Shown piece after piece: positions 60,180 through 64,000 of a DNA stretch of 64,000 bases. Under the pieces are notes generated by a model, which saw only the letters and a list, made by a program, of their open reading frames with translations, ran no database searches and had not been told where the DNA came from. A program made the position numbers and the translations under genes. The stretch's first letter is position 1, and each line of letters opens with the position of its first letter. The stretch spans positions 704,001 to 768,000 of the forward strand of contig CALSNU010000004.1 in NCBI GenBank assembly GCA_943787795.1, read 5' to 3'. This DNA comes from an uncultured bacterium (GTDB taxonomy: Bacteria > Planctomycetota > UBA1135 > GCA-002686595).

Positions 60180-61532
60180 TCACCAGAGGCGAGGCTCCTC
60201 CTTGGTGTCGTAGACCGTCTCGCCGCTCTGCCAGACATGCTTGACGTAGCTGCGGGGGTCGGCGGGGTCGCCGGTGATGACGATCAGGTCGGCGATCTTC
60301 CCGACCTCGATGCTGCCGACGGCGTCGCCGAGGCCGCAGGCCATGGCGGGGACGATCGTGAGGCCGCGGACCGCGTCCATGTTCTTGTTGTCGAACCCGT
60401 AGCGGACGCCCATGGCGGCCTGGAGCTGGAGCTCCTCCTGCGGGATCACGGGTGAGTCCGTGTTGAATCCGAGGCGGGTCGTCCCCATCTCCTGGTAGCC
60501 GGCGACGCAGCCCTGGATCTTCTCCGGGTTAGACCCCGACCAGTTGATGAAGCCGCGGGTCGGCACGTCGATGGCGCGCGGCCCGACGATCGCGAACATC
60601 TCGCGCTTCTCGACCTCGGCGCCGAGGCGCCAGGTGTCGAACGTGCCGTGGTCGATGAAGACCGGGATGCCGAGCTCGTCGTGCACCATGGTCAGCGTCA
60701 TCAGCGCGACCTGGTAGATCTGCGTGTGGGTCGAGACCTGGCACTCGTTCTTCCGCAGCGAGCGGAAGATCTCGAACTGCGGGTTGATGGTCGGCTTGGC
60801 GCCGCCGTCCTTCTCGTAGGCCTCCCACTGCTTCGCGTAGGCGATCCCGCGCTTGAACGTGTTGCGCGTGTGCCAGTTCATGAACGACCGGTTGGGCCGC
60901 AGCATCCAGCGCTCCGGGTTGCCGGCCTGGGCCAGCTTCATGGAGCCGGGGTCGCGGATGATCGCGCGCTCGTACTCGTCGAAGCCGGTGCGCAGGAGCA
61001 CGCCCTGCCCGCCGATGTTCGTGCCCGAGCCAGGGAGGTAGAGCACCGTCGTGACCCCTGCCGCGAGGCCGACGCGCAGCAGCGGATTGCCGCTGATGAC
61101 GTCGCTGGAGGCCCGGATACCCGGGTTGGTGAGGTAGACGGTGTCGTTCAGGCCGAAGGCGCCCGCCACGTGGCAGTGCAGCTCGACCAGGCCGGGCATG
61201 ACCCAGTCATCGCCCGCGTCGTAGACCGAGTATCCCTCCGGGATCTCCGTCTCCGCCGCCGAACCGACCGCCTCGATGCGCCCGTCCTTCACGAGGACGA
61301 CGCCGTTGTTGACCACGGAGCGCCCCTGCCACTCGGCCGTGAGGATCTTCGACGAGCGGATCGCGAGGCCGGGGCCACCCTCCGCGCCAGGCTTCGCCAC
61401 GGCTGCGGAGTTCGCCGGCGCCGGGGCCACGCCGAGCGGGTCGTTGCCGCCCGCCGCCGCGGTGACCATGGAGAGCGCGGCCACTGTCGCGCCGGCGAGA
61501 AGAGATCGGAGGGTGATGTTTCGTTCAGACAT
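60180..61532 (-). CDS. exported amidohydrolase (metal ligands intact)
   Basis: PGLVELHCH, MKLAQ, THTQ, DHGT, NTDSP. Confidence 0.9.
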   Translation of the reverse strand: MSERNITLRSLLAGATVAALSMVTAAAGGNDPLGVAPAPANSAAVAKPGAEGGPGLAIRSSKILTAEWQGRSVVNNGVVLVKDGRIEAVGSAAETEIPEGYSVYDAGDDWVMPGLVELHCHVAGAFGLNDTVYLTNPGIRASSDVISGNPLLRVGLAAGVTTVLYLPGSGTNIGGQGVLLRTGFDEYERAIIRDPGSMKLAQAGNPERWMLRPNRSFMNWHTRNTFKRGIAYAKQWEAYEKDGGAKPTINPQFEIFRSLRKNECQVSTHTQIYQVALMTLTMVHDELGIPVFIDHGTFDTWRLGAEVEKREMFAIVGPRAIDVPTRGFINWSGSNPEKIQGCVAGYQEMGTTRLGFNTDSPVIPQEELQLQAAMGVRYGFDNKNMDAVRGLTIVPAMACGLGDAVGSIEVGKIADLIVITGDPADPRSYVKHVWQSGETVYDTKEEPRLW

Positions 61533-61541
61533 GGTGTTCGC

Positions 61542-62891
61542 TCAGAAGCGCCGCTCCACCTCGGCGTCGTAGACCCGCTCACCCTCCTGGAAGGTGAGGT
61601 GGACCTGCGTCCGAGGGTCAGTGGGGTCACCGGAGGTGATGATGAAGTCCGCGTCCTTGCCGGGCTCGAGGCTCCCGATCCGGTCGTGGATGCCCGCCGC
61701 GAAGGCAGGAATGATGGTGAGGCCGCGGACGTGCTCGACCGCGTCGTTCTTGAACCCGTAGCGCACGGCCATGGAGGCCTGCAAGGGCAGCGCCTCCTGA
61801 CCGATCACCGGGGCATCGGTGTTGAACCCGATCAGGGTGCAGCCGCCCTCCTGGTACTTCGCCGCCATCCCGAAGATGGCGCCGTCGTTGTCGTTCACGA
61901 TGAACATCCCGGGGCGGTACTCGATGTTGATGCTCGCGCTGATCTGGCGCGGGCCGAGGATCGCAGGGACGCCCGCCTTGGCGGCGAAGGGCGCGGCGCG
62001 CCAGCCGTCGAAGGAGCCGTGGTCGATGTACACGTCGAGGCCCAGGTCCTCCTTGATCATCTGCACGGTGCGCAGGACGACCTGGTAGATCTGGGTGTGG
62101 GCCGACAGCTGGGTCTGCTTGGCGTAGAGGTCGCGGAAGACCTCCCACATCGGGTCGACCTTGGGGCGCGGCCCGTCGCCGTTGCTGAAGGCCTCCCAGC
62201 GCTTGGCGTAGGCGATCCCCCGCTCGATCGTGTTGCGGGTGTTCCAGTTCATGAAGGAACGCCCGACCCCGGAGAGGTAGCTCTCCGGGTTCCCTGCCTG
62301 CGCCAACTTCAGCGAGCCCGGATTGCGGATCTCCATCCGCTCGTAGCTGTCGAAGCCCGTCTTGAGCAGGACCCCGTGACCGCCGATGTTCGTGCCTGAC
62401 CCGGGGATGTAGAGCACGCTCGTCACCCCTGCCGCCCTGCCGACGACGAAGTCCGAGTTGCCCGGCACCACCGACGTGAACGCCCGGATACCGGGGTTGG
62501 TCAGATAGACCATGTCGTTCAGATCGTTGGTGAAGAAGCTCCGCCCAGCGACGTGACTGTGGAGGTCGATCAGGCCCGGCGAGACCCAGTCTCCCGACCG
62601 ATCGAGCACGTCGTGCGTGGTGGCCATCGCCTCCAGATCCACGTCGGCGCGGGGCGTGACGCTCACGATCTTCCCGTCCTCGACCACGACGGCAGCGTTG
62701 TCGATGACCTGCTGCCCTTCCATGGGCAGCACGAGGGCCTTGCCGCAGAGCACGACCAGCCCCCGCTCCACACCCGCGGCCCCGCTCTCCCCCACGTCGA
62801 CTCCAACGCCGGCCCCAAAGGAGGCGGACGCCGTGGAGGCGACAGCGAGCCACGCGCAGGCGGCGGTGCGGGCGAGGGAGGCGGCGCGCAT
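61542..62891 (-). CDS. exported amidohydrolase (metal ligands intact)
   Basis: PGLIDLHSH, LKLAQ, AHTQ, DHGS, NTDAP. Confidence 0.9.
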   Translation of the reverse strand: MRAASLARTAACAWLAVASTASASFGAGVGVDVGESGAAGVERGLVVLCGKALVLPMEGQQVIDNAAVVVEDGKIVSVTPRADVDLEAMATTHDVLDRSGDWVSPGLIDLHSHVAGRSFFTNDLNDMVYLTNPGIRAFTSVVPGNSDFVVGRAAGVTSVLYIPGSGTNIGGHGVLLKTGFDSYERMEIRNPGSLKLAQAGNPESYLSGVGRSFMNWNTRNTIERGIAYAKRWEAFSNGDGPRPKVDPMWEVFRDLYAKQTQLSAHTQIYQVVLRTVQMIKEDLGLDVYIDHGSFDGWRAAPFAAKAGVPAILGPRQISASINIEYRPGMFIVNDNDGAIFGMAAKYQEGGCTLIGFNTDAPVIGQEALPLQASMAVRYGFKNDAVEHVRGLTIIPAFAAGIHDRIGSLEPGKDADFIITSGDPTDPRTQVHLTFQEGERVYDAEVERRF

Positions 62892-62896
62892 AGGGC

Positions 62897-64000
62897 TCAG
62901 CGGACCTCTTCCCCGTTGACGAAGACCCGCTCAATGGTGGAGGAGATCTCCATGGGAGAGCCGTCGAGGATGAGGATGTCGGCGTCCTTGCCGGGCTCGA
63001 TGGTCCCGACGCGGTCATCGATGCAGAGCATGTGAGCCGCATCAAAGGTCAGCGCGCGCAGGGCGGCGGAGGGCGAGAGCCCCATGGCCACGGCGCGCGC
63101 CGCGATGACGCCAAGCTCCGCGGCGCCCTCCTCGGCTTGACTCATGAACGCGACGGGGATCCCCGCGGCCGAGAGCTGGCCGAGGCGGCTGGTGGGGTTC
63201 CCGGCGCTATCGGTCGTCGACATGCGCGAGCGAGGCACGAGCACGCCGCTGACGCGGCCGGCGATCTGGTCCGCGACCTTGTTGGCATCGTTCGCCTCGA
63301 AGAGGATCGGACGGATCCCGTACTGCTCGAAGGCGTCGACGCAGCTGAGGATCTGGTCGTCACGGTTGACCCGTACCAGGACCGCGGCCCCACCGGACAT
63401 CGCCCGGCGGAGAGGCTCCAGGTCCGGATCGATCGACGGCTTCTTGGGCATGCCCTTCGGCGTCGAGGCCCGCTTGACCTTCTCCGGGATCCGCACCGGG
63501 CGGGCAGCGACCTTGTACTCGGTCGAGACCTGCTTGAGATCGAGGGTCTCGACCCGATCCCCTTCCCACTTGGCCTCGCCCCGCAGGAAGGTCTCGACCG
63601 GCTTCTCGGCGTCGGCTTTCTCCTCCTCCTTGGACTTCTTCTTGGCCCCCTTGGGCGGCGGGTCGTTGGAGTAGATCTGCGCGAGGCTGACGGCGAGGGC
63701 GCCGTCGAGGAGGTCGACCTCGAGCGTGACGTCGTAGCCGTCTCGGCTGCCCGTGACCGGATAGAGGCCGTCGAGATACGAGGCGCGCATCGAGCCCGTG
63801 ATGGACCCGTCAGCATCCTCGAGGAGCCGCAGACGGACCTTCGAGCCCTCGACGCTGGGAGAGGTGCCCTCGAAGACGCCCGTCACCGGCTTGGCCGGGT
63901 CGCGCTCCTTCTTCTTCTTTTTCTTCTTCTCCTCGTCCTTCTTCTTCTCGCCGTCTTCCTCGTCGTCCTCGTCTTCCTTCTCCTCGTCGTCCGAGGCCGG
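62897..64000 (-). CDS. large amidohydrolase-family paralogue, 5'-partial, with beta-rich insert and K/E/D-rich linker
   Basis: Frame open to the window edge; C-terminal VGTIEPGKDADI...VFVNG; VRVNR and MSQ replace the His and Asp ligands. Confidence 0.82.
   Translation of the reverse strand, partial: PASDDEEKEDEDDEEDGEKKKDEEKKKKKKKERDPAKPVTGVFEGTSPSVEGSKVRLRLLEDADGSITGSMRASYLDGLYPVTGSRDGYDVTLEVDLLDGALAVSLAQIYSNDPPPKGAKKKSKEEEKADAEKPVETFLRGEAKWEGDRVETLDLKQVSTEYKVAARPVRIPEKVKRASTPKGMPKKPSIDPDLEPLRRAMSGGAAVLVRVNRDDQILSCVDAFEQYGIRPILFEANDANKVADQIAGRVSGVLVPRSRMSTTDSAGNPTSRLGQLSAAGIPVAFMSQAEEGAAELGVIAARAVAMGLSPSAALRALTFDAAHMLCIDDRVGTIEPGKDADILILDGSPMEISSTIERVFVNGEEVR

Overview
High-GC bacterial DNA, probably Planctomycetota (WD40/TPR Ser/Thr kinase, TPR + CRTAC1/ASPIC-UnbV pair, Cys-rich C-terminal tail on a secreted protein). 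It splits into three parts. (1) ~650-19,300 is an accessory mosaic. It holds six variably truncated copies of one non-coding element that all stop at about the same end, ...GCAGYYTGGAYCGCYTATCC, which resembles the oriIS end of IS91/ISCR rolling-circle elements. No transposase or integrase is present in the window. Between the copies lie a decayed amtB'-glnK fragment, a Ser/Thr kinase, a PqaA-like hydrolase, a decayed lipoprotein gene and a five-gene metallophosphoesterase-TPR-CotH-VTC-DUF4956 operon. (2) ~19,300-54,800 is mostly ordinary core and variable genes: carbonic anhydrase, tRNA-Arg(CCT), pyrD, proS, ppk1, ppx, a TrpD-like protein, DUF3050 with a dioxygenase and a GT-C protein, and several apparent pseudo-enzymes. 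(3) 54,917 to the window end is an array of at least seven co-oriented amidohydrolase paralogues, four with intact metal ligands and three without. Start codons were chosen by eye and all family calls rest on motif recognition, not database searches.
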